A stretch of 64,000 nucleotides of DNA from Nitrospirota bacterium (GCA_963741205.1 CAVUHW010000020.1:293744-357743), one strand, 5' to 3'. Positions 11,683 to 22,978 are shown, counted from the stretch's first letter. Translations and numbers: made by a program. The notes: generated from the sequence alone by a model not told the origin.

Positions 11683-12208
11683 GTCACCGGGCAGGGGTTC
11701 GCCGTCTGGATAACCGGCCTTCCGGCGTCCGGCAAGAGTTCCATCACCCGCGAGCTCGTAAAAAGGCTGCGCGAGCTTCAGGTGCCGGTGGTTGTGCTGG
11801 AATCCGACAGATTGCGAAAAATCCTGACGCCCAACGCGACGTATAGCCCCGGAGGAACGTGACCGGTTTTACCGTACCATGGCTTTGCTGGGAGAATTAA
11901 TCACGCGAAACAGCGTCAATGTGATCTTCGATGCCACGGCAAACCGGCGTGGCTACCGCGATTACGCGCGAACGCTCATCCCGAAATTCCTTGAAGCCTA
12001 TGTGCGATGTCCCCTCGAGGTCTGCATGAAACGGGACCCCAAAGGGATCTACAACCGCGCCCGTTCAGGCGCTGTCGTCACGGTGCCGGGGCTCCAGGCT
12101 GAATATGAGCCGCCCAGAGTCCCGGAAATCACGCTGGATTGCGAGGCCCGCCCAGAAACGAGCGCCGAAGTCGTTTTAAACAAGCTGAAGCAATTATTGT
12201 ATATATAA
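11679..12208 (+). CDS. adenylyl-sulfate kinase-like P-loop kinase (frameshifted)
   Basis: WITGLPASGKS, RDPKGIY, VPGLQAEYEPP. Confidence 0.75.
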
Positions 12209-12279
12209 ACAGTTTTTTCCTGCCTATTTATGAAACTCATTTGACTGGCTTTGACCCCTCCTATAGAATAGCCCCCATT

Positions 12280-12726
12280 ATGGGGAAAAAAGTAACTTAC
12301 GAGCGATGGATCAACCTGTTTCTGCCGGACGGATGGAACGAGCGTGAAGAGATGGGTTTTATAATGCTGGAGAAGGAAGGATGGCCCGGCATGGTTCAGC
12401 TTACCTTCATCGAACGGGATGAATCAAAGCTGCCGCCGGTAGAAGCCGCCAAGATACTTCTTGAGGATACCCTGGAGGAACGCGATGTCCCTTTCCCGCG
12501 GGAGGCTATCAGGGTTGAGGACCGGGGAGATATGGGGATCGCGAGCCTTGACTACCTCTTTCAGGACAAGGACGAGCCTACTCACTGGCGAATCTGGTTC
12601 CTGGCAGACAAAACCCGTGCGCTTATGGCCGCCTACATCAGCGCGCCCGAACTCGACGTTCCACACCTCGATGAAGCCACGCGCATTATCGCCGATATTG
12701 AATTCATCGGAAGCACGAACGACTGA
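12280..12726 (+). CDS. hypothetical protein
   Basis: 148-codon ORF preceded by TTGACT-N17-TAGAAT. Confidence 0.6.
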   Translation: MGKKVTYERWINLFLPDGWNEREEMGFIMLEKEGWPGMVQLTFIERDESKLPPVEAAKILLEDTLEERDVPFPREAIRVEDRGDMGIASLDYLFQDKDEPTHWRIWFLADKTRALMAAYISAPELDVPHLDEATRIIADIEFIGSTND

Positions 12727-12787
12727 GCCACCCTTGAGCAGCGGCGTTCCGTCTTCGACCATCACGAGCCGGTGAGCAGCAGAAGAC

Positions 12788-12817
12788 AAAAAAAAGGACG
12801 CCTCACTTCGGCGTCCT
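12788..12817 (-). terminator. intrinsic terminator of sigma gene
   Basis: GGACGCC/GGCGTCC stem followed by T-run on minus strand. Confidence 0.75.
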
Positions 12818-12854
12818 CCTCGATAATTTCCCTTCAGAATCTCCTGATTCAAAA

Positions 12855-14214
12855 TCAAACGTACTCGCGCAGCAGCTTGCTGCGGGCCGGATGGCGAAGC
12901 TTTTTTAGCGCCTTGATCTCGATCTGACGGATTCGCTCCCTGGTGAGGTTGAAAAATTTCCCCACCTCTTCAAGCGTGTGCTCGCTGCCCACCCCGATGC
13001 CGAAGCGCATCCGTATGATCTTCTCTTCCCGCTCCGTAAGCGATGAGAGCACCTGTTCAATGCGGTTTGCCGCCTCGTTGTTTTCCAGCGTTTTGAAGGG
13101 GGAAATGGATTTTTCGTCGATAATGACGTCCTTCAGTTCCTTTTCCTCGGAGAGGATGGGCGTCTCCAGGGATACGGGTTCCTGGATCGCGCGAAGGATT
13201 TCATTCACCCGAACGACGGACAGCCCCATGAGCTTGGAGACCTCTTCGGGCGCAGGCTCTCTCCCCTTTTCACGCATGAACTTGGTATAAATACGGCTGA
13301 TCCGGGTGCTTTCCTCGATCAGATGTACGGGCAGGCGGATCGTACGCGCCTGGTCGAGTATTGCGCGGGTGATACGCTGTCTGATCCACCAGGTTGAATA
13401 CGTGCTGAACTTCGTGCCCTTGCCTGATTCGTAGCGGTCCGCGGCCTTCATCAGCCCGATGTTGCCTTCCTGGACGAGATCGAGAAGCGTCAGGCCCCGG
13501 TTTACATACTTTTTCGCGATCGAGACAACCAGCCTGAGGTTGGCCTTGATCAACTCGTCCTTGGCCTGCTTTACCCTGACTTCTTCCTCCTCGATGCGGT
13601 TGACCATGTCCCGCAACGCCCGCTCGTCGATGCCGAGCTTTTCCAGTTCCGCCATGTTGCCCCGCTCGACCTGTTTCCCCAGCGCCACGAGCTTCTTGAG
13701 CATTTTTTCGATCTCGCGGAACGAAAGGCTCATTTCATTCAGCGTCGCTGTCGCGCGCTCCATGTCCCGCCTTGCAACCTGCCTCTTCAGCCGATTGTAC
13801 TGACGCATGAAGTTGCCTCGTACGAGTCATTCCATTCACCCGGATAACGAAGAACGTCCAACGCCTTTACGAGCCCCTGCTTGATATTTGCGCCCAACGC
13901 CAGGACCCGCGGGATCGCCAACGGGGAGCTCAACGCTATCGTTTTGAGCGCGGCCTTGCCTTCCTCGAGCCGACGGACGTATTCATGCTCTTCTTCGATC
14001 TTGAGCATGGGAAACCTGCCGACGGATTTAAGGTAGGTATCGACGAGATCGGCGCCGCCGCTACTTCTTCGGCCGCGACCTCGGCGATCTCGACGGCGGT
14101 GGGCTCTTCTTCCTCTTCCTCCTCCGCGAGTTCGTCGGCGAGTTCTTCCAACACGTCTTCAGGGACCCCTTCGGGGTATTCATTTTTTTCTTCTGTCAAA
14201 ACAGCCTTGCTCAT
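12855..14214 (-). CDS. RpoD-like sigma70 factor (2 frameshifts)
   Basis: [45 protein letters not shown]; acidic N-terminus and region 1.2 in other frames. Confidence 0.9.
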
Positions 14215-14641
14215 ATGTCCTCTTTATATCTGCACTATCTTCTTTCGTGCTTTCATCTCTTCCTAAAACAATTATATCAGAATAAATCAACAACCCATAG
14301 TCGATCAAACATTAATTTATTTGCGCTATAATAGAATAATTTACATTGGCATCTTCTCCGCGGGTTACCCTCTGATCGTTCCCCCTGCAGAACCTGTACG
14401 CGATGTTCCCCATGTCGGGAAAAACCTGGGTCTTTCTCCCGCCTTGCGTAGCCTTCGTTGCTTCACCTCTTATTTCGATGCCGGGTGTGTCTGTCTGGTG
14501 CTCCTCTTCATCGGGGTCAGGCTGCTTTGTGAAATGACCGGAATTGCGGAGACAGTAAACAATGAAGATAAGCTTGGCAGAAAATTCTCGGCAAAAACAA
14601 AGCTCATCACGATCAGGGCATTCACAGGCCGGACGAAGATA

Positions 14642-15217
14642 TTACTTCAAACCCCGGCTGCCGGGCTTGACAGGCGCGCTCCCTGCCTTGCACAGGGGGC
14701 ATGCATCCGGCTCATAGGTGGGGACATTCAGCGTAACGAGGGATTTGTACGGCACGCCGATGTCTGCTCTGCCGCCGGACCGGTCTACGAGCGAGCCCGC
14801 CGCCGCCGCTACTCCGCCTGCCCTCCTCACGACCTCGATGGTCTCTTTCGTCGACTTTCCGGTCGTGATTACGTCCTCGACCACGAGGAGGCGCTCACCC
14901 GGTTTGATGGTGAACCCGCGGCGGAGCGTCAGTTCTCCGTTTACGCGTTCGGCAAAGAGAGCGCGCACGCCGAGCGCGCGCGCGGTTTCATGTGAGACGA
15001 ACACTCCCCCAAGTGCCGGGGCGATCACGGCCTCGATGCGTTCGTCCTTAAAGTGGGCCGCAAGGGCCGCGCAGAGCCGTGTCGCGATATCCGGCTCTTG
15101 CAGCACCAGCGCCGACTGAAGATACTGTTCGCTGTGCAGGCCCGATGAAAGAAGAAAATGGCCGGTCAAAAGCGCCCCGGTTTTCCTGTAGATGTCCAAT
15201 ACCTGTTCTGATGTCAT
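14642..15217 (-). CDS. pyrE: orotate phosphoribosyltransferase
   Basis: HFLLSSGLHS, VVEDVITTG. Confidence 0.95.
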   Translation of the reverse strand: MTSEQVLDIYRKTGALLTGHFLLSSGLHSEQYLQSALVLQEPDIATRLCAALAAHFKDERIEAVIAPALGGVFVSHETARALGVRALFAERVNGELTLRRGFTIKPGERLLVVEDVITTGKSTKETIEVVRRAGGVAAAAGSLVDRSGGRADIGVPYKSLVTLNVPTYEPDACPLCKAGSAPVKPGSRGLK

Positions 15218-15243
15218 CTCGTATTACTCCTTCAAAAGACAAA

Positions 15244-15373
15244 GGGACGTAGATTTTCACAGATCAACACAGATGAAGAAAGAAGTTCAGTTTGAAAGAA
15301 GGGACTTCAGTCATCTCTCTCCGTCCGCCTCTTGATTTGTCTTATCAGCGCTCATCTGCGTTCATCTCGTCCC
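15244..15373. repeat. periodic-arm inverted repeat (10-nt period)
   Basis: GGGACGTAGAT TTTCACAGAT CAACACAGAT vs revcomp GGGACGAGAT GAACGCAGAT GAGCGCTGAT. Confidence 0.75.
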
Positions 15374-16104
15374 ACGTTATCCATTTCTTCCAGAATCTTC
15401 TCCACCGCCGCCTTCCGGTCCCTGGCCTTCAGTACCGGCCGCCCGACAACGATAAAATCTGCGCCGGTCCTGACGGCCTCGCCGGGCGTCATGACCCTTT
15501 TCTGATCGTCCTTTTCCGCCCACGTCGGCCGAACGCCCGGGGTGAGGATAAGGAATTCTCCGCGCACCGACCGGCGAAGCATCTTGATCTCTTGCGGCGA
15601 AGCGACAACACCGCTCATGCCTGCGCGCTGCGACAGCCTTGCCAGATGGGCGACCTGCCGCGGAAGAGATCGCGTGATTTTCAGTTCCCGACGAAGACTC
15701 CGTCCGTCCATGCTGGTAAGAACGGTGACAGCCAGCATGATCGGAGCCGGAAGGTTGCATTTCTCCGCTGCTTCCTTCGCGGCGTATACGGCGGCGCTCA
15801 TCATGTCCAGTCCGCCCAGGGCATGAACATTAAAGATGCTCACGCCGAGCTTCACGGCCTCGGTTGATGCTTTTGCAACCGTGTTCGGGATGTCGTGGTA
15901 TTTAAGATCGAGGAAAACTCGACCGCCCATGCCGATGATGCGGCGCACGATATCGGGGCCATAAGCAGTAAAAAGCTGATGGCCGACCTTGAACATGCCG
16001 ACCGAATCCCGGAGCTCGGCCACGAGGCCAAGCGCCTCGGCGTCATTATCGACGTCAAGGGCGATGACGAGACGATCAACCGGCCGCAATTCAGCATTCA
16101 GCAT
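15352..16104 (-). CDS. pyrF: orotidine-5'-phosphate decarboxylase
   Basis: FLDLKYHDIPNTV, TPGVRP, VVGRP. Confidence 0.95.
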   Translation of the reverse strand: MLNAELRPVDRLVIALDVDNDAEALGLVAELRDSVGMFKVGHQLFTAYGPDIVRRIIGMGGRVFLDLKYHDIPNTVAKASTEAVKLGVSIFNVHALGGLDMMSAAVYAAKEAAEKCNLPAPIMLAVTVLTSMDGRSLRRELKITRSLPRQVAHLARLSQRAGMSGVVASPQEIKMLRRSVRGEFLILTPGVRPTWAEKDDQKRVMTPGEAVRTGADFIVVGRPVLKARDRKAAVEKILEEMDNVGRDERR

Positions 16105-16119
16105 TCCGCATTCCGCATT
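16089..16119. repeat. heptamer tandem tract
   Basis: ATTCAGC x2 then ATTCCGC x2, across the pyrF start. Confidence 0.8.
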
Positions 16120-16125
16120 GAAGTG

Positions 16126-16695
16126 TCAATAGATTCTGATCAAACTCAAGAGCCGGTCCTTGAACATATCCGCCAGGGTATGGAGGCTCGACACGGTCAA
16201 AAACTCTCCGGCATTGTTCGAAAACAGGAGCCAAACCTCGGCCGGGAAATCCTGGGTTTCCTCGGAGATCTCCACATGCAAGTAAACTTTCGGCAGCGCG
16301 CGCACCGTGAAAGCAAGGTCGCTCCCGATGATGCTCGGCGCCACTTTGGCGTCTATCATGGAAAAAATCGAGTTTGCCCGGGAGATGATCCCTGATGCAT
16401 AGGCGGTCAACGGCAGTTCCACCCGCTTTCGGAAATCCGGAACTGACTGACCGGCAAAGTCCCCGATAGCCCGCCAAGGCACCATGACGACCGCCGCCCC
16501 GGAAGCAAACAGGTAATCCAGAACCACTGATGCGTGCGCTTCAGGCGCCTTCTGACCGTGGATAAAGACGCCGTCGTGCCGGATGATATATTCCTGACCC
16601 AGCATGCCCAGGAGGAGCGCGTCCTGGTCTTCGCTATAAAGGGCGCAAACCCGTTCCGCTATTTCTGGAAATGCAATATGATCGAGGGCCTTCAT
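16126..16695 (-). CDS. DUF3786-like protein
   Basis: LPKV...EETQDFPAEVWLLF C-terminal pattern. Confidence 0.6.
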   Translation of the reverse strand: MKALDHIAFPEIAERVCALYSEDQDALLLGMLGQEYIIRHDGVFIHGQKAPEAHASVVLDYLFASGAAVVMVPWRAIGDFAGQSVPDFRKRVELPLTAYASGIISRANSIFSMIDAKVAPSIIGSDLAFTVRALPKVYLHVEISEETQDFPAEVWLLFSNNAGEFLTVSSLHTLADMFKDRLLSLIRIY

Positions 16696-17086
16696 GCTTA
16701 AGCTCCGGTTCATGCGGCTAAACGGAAGAAATTATACCTGTAACCGCTGGAAACGACAACAATAAAATTGGAATTCCGGGGCGGCAGCGGAACGTTTGAA
16801 CATTGCGACTGCCGATCAGGCTCCATGCCTGATTCTTTTAGCGGTTTCGTTTGAATATTCCCTGAAATCTGAATGGACATACCCCCCGGATTACAGGCGT
16901 GTGTCAGAAATTTCCCGGATATGCTCGATCCCTGAATACTCGATTGTTGTGCAAATGCAATCACTCTCGTTTGGGAATGAGGGATTAGCAAGGGACAGGC
17001 GCTTGGCTCAGGTTGCCATACCTACGATGAGAGGGTTTGCCATTAGGGGGGCTGCCTGAACGAAGGAGACGCCCGATGAACGGGGA

Positions 17087-17719
17087 TTAATACTCAAACC
17101 TGATGCCCGCTCCGCCCGTCGTTCGGTCGCCGGCTTCGACTTCCAGAAGAACCATGAACTTCTGGCTGATCTTCCACTCAAGCCCCACAAAGCCGTTCAC
17201 GAACGTTTCGCGCTGGTCGGGAAGCGATCCGTAGATGGCCGACATAGACAGCCCGCCGTAAGGGACAAGCTTATATCCCCGGTCTGTCAGAGGAAAGTCT
17301 TTACTGACGATGGTCACAAAGGACAGTTCACTCGCGTTTTTGTCGTTGATAATCGTAGTGTCGACCCCCAGATCCACAGAGAGATCGAGCGGAATGCCCT
17401 CGGTCTCTTTGATGAGCTGATACTTGAAATCGGCGCCGATCAGCGCCCCCAGTTTGTCCGTCGATTCAAGGGGTATCTCCGTAGCGCCGAACTTGACCCC
17501 TACCTCCATCATCGCTCCCAATCCGTAGCGGATTTCCGGGTAGTAGCTTTTAAAATGATCACCGAAACTGAAAAAGATGCCGGTCTGAGCCATGCCGGGG
17601 TCAAGGCTTTCTCCGGTCTTGAATTCATTCTGAGTAATATGGGGAAATGCCGCAGCACTGCTTACCGTAAGCAGCAGGACCGCGGCGATAATGATAAATG
17701 ATGAAATATTTTTTTGCAT
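17087..17719 (-). CDS. outer-membrane beta-barrel protein
   Basis: signal peptide, amphipathic strands, C-terminal GIRFEY. Confidence 0.7.
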   Translation of the reverse strand: MQKNISSFIIIAAVLLLTVSSAAAFPHITQNEFKTGESLDPGMAQTGIFFSFGDHFKSYYPEIRYGLGAMMEVGVKFGATEIPLESTDKLGALIGADFKYQLIKETEGIPLDLSVDLGVDTTIINDKNASELSFVTIVSKDFPLTDRGYKLVPYGGLSMSAIYGSLPDQRETFVNGFVGLEWKISQKFMVLLEVEAGDRTTGGAGIRFEY

Positions 17720-17925
17720 TCCTCATGGCCTCCGCGCCGTAATGATCGATCGCACAATGACACGGAATATAGCATCAAACACCATGGTTGACAAGAAAAA
17801 AAATTCGGTGCAGAGGGCTACGGGTTTGCGGATTGAGAATTCGACTGCCCGGGCAAATCGCAGTCATCGCAGTGGAGGGGTGTCGAAGGCATTGCGGAGA
17901 GTGGTGATCGTTTGCATCTTCCGGT

Positions 17926-18462
17926 TCAGTCGTCTTTGGTGAGCTCAATGTTCCAGTAGAGATAATCGCGCCAGCTGAGAGGGGCGTTTTTGATCCCGAT
18001 CGTCATCGTGACAACCGGCATCCACCGGGGCTTGTGCGGGTGCCGGATCAGCCTCATCTTCGCCTCCTGGGGCGTCCTGCCGCCCTTCCGGTTGTTGCAG
18101 GACAGACAGGCGGTTACAATATTTTCCCAGGTGGCCTGGCCGCCTTGGACCTGCGGGATGACATGATCAAAGGTCAGATCCTCGGCAGCGTGCCTGACTC
18201 CGCAGTACTGGCAGGTATACTTGTCGCGCTGGTAGATATTTGCCCGTGAAAAACGCACTTCCCTGCTGGCGCGCCGGATCTTGACAAGTTTCAGCAGACG
18301 GAGGATGGAGGGCAGCTTGAAGGAGATGGACACGCCGCGGACATCTCGATCGTAAAAGTCGATTACCTCCACTTTCCCCTGGGTCAGGAGGGTAATCGCC
18401 CTTTGCCACGAGATGATCTTTAACGGTTCAAATGTTGCGTTGAGAAGCAGCGTCCGTTCCAT
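17926..18462 (-). CDS. HNH endonuclease (McrA-like)
   Basis: RDKYTCQYCG, TFDHVIP, WENIVTACLSCNNRKG. Confidence 0.92.
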   Translation of the reverse strand: MERTLLLNATFEPLKIISWQRAITLLTQGKVEVIDFYDRDVRGVSISFKLPSILRLLKLVKIRRASREVRFSRANIYQRDKYTCQYCGVRHAAEDLTFDHVIPQVQGGQATWENIVTACLSCNNRKGGRTPQEAKMRLIRHPHKPRWMPVVTMTIGIKNAPLSWRDYLYWNIELTKDD

Positions 18463-18586
18463 TGCGACCCTCGTATTCCCGCGATAAAGGAGAACCGAAA
18501 AGCATGCAAATTCACGTTGTTAAGTGATAAAAATACAGAAAACTTTGGTGTTTGTCAATAGTTTTGAAAACCCGTATAATGTGGCT

Positions 18587-19546
18587 ATGAGCGACGTCGA
18601 TGAGGCAAAAAAGGCAGAAGCTGCGTCAGCCGGCGACGACCAGATAGTCACGCTGCTCCACGACCCCTCTCCCGAGGTCATGAGGGCGCTTCTGGAAAAC
18701 AGCAACCTGCGCGAGGAGCATGTCCTCGTCATCGCGAACAGGAAAAACCTGCCCGCCGATGTGCTCGCCAAGATCGCCCGGGACAATCGCTGGATGGATA
18801 ACTATCCGATCCGCCTTGCGCTTGCTAAAAACCCGAAGACGCCCCTTTCGGTCTCTCTCTCGATTGTGCGATATCTCCGCCTCTTTGATATCGCGGAGAT
18901 GACCCGCAATCACCTCCTTCCTCTTGCCTTCAGGCACAAGGTGGAATTCATCGTCATGGAAAAGATTCCCACCATGCCGCTCGGAAATAAGAAGTCGCTG
19001 GCGAAGATGGCGGTAGGCGCCGTCCTCTTCAGGCTGCTGCAGGATGTCGAAGACGAGGTGGTCGCGCTGTGTCTCGCTAATCCGCGGATGCAGGAGAGCC
19101 ACCTCTTCAAGATCATCAGCCGCAAGGACACGCGGGCGGAAACCATCCGCATGATCGCCGAACACCGGAACTGGTCAAGCCGCTCGCTCGTACGGTTTGC
19201 ACTTGTCCGGAACGAGCATATGCCGCTTGCGGTCTCTGAGCGTTTTCTGCGGTCCATGAGGGTGCCCGAACTGCGGGAACTCTATGCCGACCCGATGCTG
19301 CCCTTGGGCGTTAAACCGCTCGTCTACCGGGAACTCGTCAGCCGCGGGCAGGAACCGAGCGAGAGTATCGAGGAGCCCGTTTTTGAAATTGACGAAGACG
19401 CTGACGCGGATCTGGACAACTTCGAGACTATTGAAGATACTGCAGGACCGGAGAAGCCGGACGAAGAGAAGCTGAATAGACGCACCCGAGCTGGATCATG
19501 GGGAAATGAAACCGGGCACGCGAAGGAGAAGGAGGAGAAGGTTTAG
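18587..19546 (+). CDS. helical-repeat (LRV/HEAT-like) hypothetical protein
   Basis: repeated ALxxNPxxP motifs, acidic tail; TTGTCA-N17-TATAAT upstream. Confidence 0.7.
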   Translation: MSDVDEAKKAEAASAGDDQIVTLLHDPSPEVMRALLENSNLREEHVLVIANRKNLPADVLAKIARDNRWMDNYPIRLALAKNPKTPLSVSLSIVRYLRLFDIAEMTRNHLLPLAFRHKVEFIVMEKIPTMPLGNKKSLAKMAVGAVLFRLLQDVEDEVVALCLANPRMQESHLFKIISRKDTRAETIRMIAEHRNWSSRSLVRFALVRNEHMPLAVSERFLRSMRVPELRELYADPMLPLGVKPLVYRELVSRGQEPSESIEEPVFEIDEDADADLDNFETIEDTAGPEKPDEEKLNRRTRAGSWGNETGHAKEKEEKV

Positions 19547-19622
19547 TAATAGTACCCATTGTAACGGGCTTTGAATGTTGTTACAATTATACAAGAAACA
19601 TCCGACATAAGGAGATGTAACT

Positions 19623-20904
19623 ATGGTTAACCTGACAAGAATATATCTAGGGGTTATAAGAGCCCGGGCAGTTCTCTTTCAATTCCTTTCTGCGCTTGCT
19701 GTAACCGGCTTACTTTTCGCATGCGTTGCCAAGTCTAGCGGGGACGGCACCCAACCCGCAGGTGTTGCTGGAGACCTGGTTTCCTCCGGTGAGATCGCCA
19801 CCCTCGGGGTGGCTCAACTTGACCAGACACTCGCGGGCTTCGGCATCACCGGTATTTCCGTAAGCGGCAGCGTGACATGCTATAAGCTTTCGTACATAAC
19901 GCCGGATGTCTCAAACAACCTTATCACAGGCCTCGGGCCTGGTCTGTGTGCCCCCGGCCAAAAGCGGCGGCAACCCTGTCATCAGCTATCAGCACGGCAC
20001 AATATTTCAGGATACCGATCAGGTCAGCGAGGCGCCCTCCAGGTTTACTAACGGCGAAGGGCTGTGGGCATCCTCCTCGCGTCGATTGGATACATAGCGG
20101 TGTTGCCGGATTATATCGGCTACGGCGATTCGACAAATGAACTTCACCCCTATGTGCATGCAGCCACACTCGCGTCGGCCACCGTCGACATGAACCGGGC
20201 AGCGCGCAAGTTCCTGGCGGGCATCAACAGGTCCACCAACGGACAGTTTTTTCTTACGGGCTACTCGGAAGGGGGATACGCGACGCTCGCGACCCAACGG
20301 CTGATGCAGCAAAGCCTAGCAACGGAGTTTCCCGGTAACCGCTTCGGAACCCGGCGCGGGGCCATATGACATGACGGGCACGACCCGGACAATCCTGTCG
20401 TCACCCACCCTGTCGCAGCCGGCCTTTGCAGGATTTTTTATGAAGGCCTACGATTCCATTTACAATACGCCCAGCCAGCTCACGAACTATTTCTCCGCGC
20501 AATACGTGAACATCGTAGACACTCATTTTGACGGAAGTTACAGCAGGAACGAGGTCAGCGCCGCCCTCGGAGGCCCCGGAGTCCCAACAAACACGCTTTT
20601 CAATCCGGCGTTTATTACAAGCTACCTTGGCACGGGCGAGACTTCATTAAAAGCGCACATAGCGGAAAACGACATCTACAACTGGGCGCCGGCAGTCCCC
20701 ACGCGTTTGTTCCACAGCACGGACGACGACACCGTTCCTTTCGCCAATTCAACGACTGCAAAGACTGCGATGGAAAATAACGGTTCGACCAAGGTGACCC
20801 TTGTTACCTGCGTTTCCGGCACATTACCGGCGACACATACCAACTGCGCACGCCCGTTCGCCCTCGACATGATTTCTTTTTTTAAACTGACTTCAGGGTT
20901 ATGA
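19623..20904 (+). CDS. secreted lipase/esterase lipoprotein (several frameshifts)
   Basis: lipobox LLFAC, SYQHGT, PDYIGYG, GYSEGG, DDTVP, H; split across frames. Confidence 0.8.
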
Positions 20905-22035
20905 TACGATCTTGAGTCCCCATCCCTTGCCAACCGTTATCGCGCCCTGGGGACAAAATTCCTGGCAGCAGAAACAGCGGATACAATCTCTGTAGCGGAT
21001 CTCAAGCCCCCGCTCTGAATCCTTGATAGCTCTCTGAGGGCAGTGGCCCTGGCAGATGCCGCACTTGACGCAGAGCTCATGGTTGATGAGGGGTCTTGTC
21101 GTGAAGGCGTTCTTGAGAGAACTGCGGGCCCACTCAGGCAGCGCCCATTCGGTGTGCTCCCGCGGGGGGAGACGAAACCGCTTGACGGCCGCGCCTCCCA
21201 GGGGTTCTCCCAGGACCCTGATGCGGTCTGCTTTCGTCTCGCCGACTCCTGCTGCTCGGGCGGCCATAAGGACGGGAAGTTCTTCGGCATCCACCCCGAC
21301 CAGGCGGCCCGCTATCACATCGACAGCTACCGCGTCGCGGCCTGCGATGACCTTTCCGATTTTACAAGGATCGCCGCTTCCGGGGCCGTTTCCTTCCATG
21401 CCGATGACGGCATCCATGATGGTGAGCTTCGGATGAAGAAGGCGGTATAACTCAACGAGCATCGTCATGAAAAGCTCGTGGTTTACGCCGGTATTGAAGT
21501 GCCATTGGACCTTGCGCTTGCCTGGGATGCATCCAAAAAGGTTTTTGACCGCGCCGGTGAGCGTCGTCATGCCATGTGTTTTAAGCTTGGGCAGATTGAT
21601 GATCAAGTCGGCATCGCGTGCGGCGCGCGACACCTCAAAGCGCTGAAATCTGCCGCTGTTCTTTACCTGCACGGCCTCATCCATGTTCGCGAAGTCCGCT
21701 CCCTCTTCACGCACGACGTCAAGAATGCCGCATCGTTCGGAAACCTTTCGAAGATCACCCATGCCGGGGCTGTCTCCTACCAGGGCCTGGCCGCCTGCTT
21801 CCTGTACGAGTCTGATAACGGCGCGGACCACTTCCGGGTGAGTCGTAACGGCCGCTTCGGGCGGGGCAGCCTTGAGCAAGTTCGGTTTTATCAAGACCCG
21901 GTCACCACGCTTCACAAATTCTGCGATGCCGCCAAGCAAATCGACAGCCTGCCTTACCGCTGAAGCCGTCTTCTCCCGGTCATACGCGGAACATCGGACA
22001 ATGGCAACATCGGACGAAGTTTCGTTCATTCTCAT
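20899..22035 (-). CDS. DUF362 protein with 2x[4Fe-4S] domain
   Basis: IKPNLL, TTHPE, LPKLKTH; two CxxCxxCxxxCP motifs. Confidence 0.9.
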   Translation of the reverse strand: MRMNETSSDVAIVRCSAYDREKTASAVRQAVDLLGGIAEFVKRGDRVLIKPNLLKAAPPEAAVTTHPEVVRAVIRLVQEAGGQALVGDSPGMGDLRKVSERCGILDVVREEGADFANMDEAVQVKNSGRFQRFEVSRAARDADLIINLPKLKTHGMTTLTGAVKNLFGCIPGKRKVQWHFNTGVNHELFMTMLVELYRLLHPKLTIMDAVIGMEGNGPGSGDPCKIGKVIAGRDAVAVDVIAGRLVGVDAEELPVLMAARAAGVGETKADRIRVLGEPLGGAAVKRFRLPPREHTEWALPEWARSSLKNAFTTRPLINHELCVKCGICQGHCPQRAIKDSERGLEIRYRDCIRCFCCQEFCPQGAITVGKGWGLKIVS

Positions 22036-22850
22036 CTTTTTTCATTCCGCATTCCAAAATCCGCGTTCCGCATCTTTTCGACCTTCTGCAGTATCTCCAG
22101 CATGTGATGATGTATCCTGCCGTTGCTTGCAAGGATCTCCTCGGCATGAATGCTGAAGCGGCTGCCGGAGAAATCGGAGACCGCACCTCCGGCCTCGGTC
22201 ACGATCAGACTTCCCGCGGCTACGTCCCACGGCTTTAGTTTGAGCTCCCAGAAGCCGTCGAAACGTCCGGACGCGACATAACAGAGATCGAGCGCAGCAG
22301 ACCCGTCCCGCCGTACTTCCTGCGACGCCATGAGCAGATCATGGAAGTAGTCCAGGTTATTTTTTTCGCTTATCTTGCGGTCGTAAGGAAATCCCGTCGC
22401 AAGCAGGCTCTTGATGAGGGTGTCAACGCCGGTGACCCGGATCTTCCTGCCGTTCAGGGTAGCGCCCATCCCCTTACGCGCCGCAAAAAGCTCGTCTCTC
22501 ATGGGGTCATAGACGACGCCCGTGATAATTTCTCCGTTATGCTCAAGCGCGATAGACACGGAGAAACAGGGATACCCATGGGCATAATTGGTCGTGCCGT
22601 CGAGAGGGTCGATTATCCACAGATAGCCGGACTCGTTTCTCATGCTCGTTTCCTCTTCGGCAATGATGCCGTGCCCGGGAAAGGCCGCGCGAAGCGTCTC
22701 AACGATCGCCCGTTCCGAGCGTGTGTCCATCTCGGTTGCCAGATTGATGTCCCCTTTGTAGAAAATTTCCCGGGTGCCGTTTATATTTTCTCGCAGGATT
22801 TTGCCCGCGTGGCGCGCCGCATCGCTTGCGACGGCTAAAAACTCGTCCAT
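22032..22850 (-). CDS. suhB: inositol monophosphatase
   Basis: WIIDPLDGTTNY, GSAALDL, WDVAAG. Confidence 0.9.
   Translation of the reverse strand: MDEFLAVASDAARHAGKILRENINGTREIFYKGDINLATEMDTRSERAIVETLRAAFPGHGIIAEEETSMRNESGYLWIIDPLDGTTNYAHGYPCFSVSIALEHNGEIITGVVYDPMRDELFAARKGMGATLNGRKIRVTGVDTLIKSLLATGFPYDRKISEKNNLDYFHDLLMASQEVRRDGSAALDLCYVASGRFDGFWELKLKPWDVAAGSLIVTEAGGAVSDFSGSRFSIHAEEILASNGRIHHHMLEILQKVEKMRNADFGMRNEKR
22043..22073. repeat. heptamer tandem tract within suhB 3' end
   Basis: CATTCCG CATTCCA AAATCCG CGTTCCG; encodes MRNADFGMRN. Confidence 0.7.
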
Positions 22851-22909
22851 ACATCGTCCTCCCTGTTCGCAGCGTTCTGGATGATAGTACCACAATTCTC
22901 CCTGAAATA

Positions 22910-22942
22910 AAAAAAGGGCAAGGCTCCTTCGCCTTACCCTTC
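22910..22942 (-). terminator. intrinsic terminator
   Basis: AAGGGTAAGGC-GAAGGA-GCCTTGCCCTT plus T-run on minus strand. Confidence 0.75.
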
Positions 22943-22978
22943 CTACTCGTAGCACCTGAAAGAAATTATCAGTGACTT

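Noticed and set aside
14321-14995. 224-aa ORF (also 16710-16991 and 61287-61664)
   Set aside because: No recognisable motifs or convincing SD; 14321-14995 overlaps pyrE antisense
16990-17060. c-di-GMP-I riboswitch (GGCAAACC on minus strand)
   Set aside because: Lacks the GNRA tetraloop and the downstream GCAAAGC element
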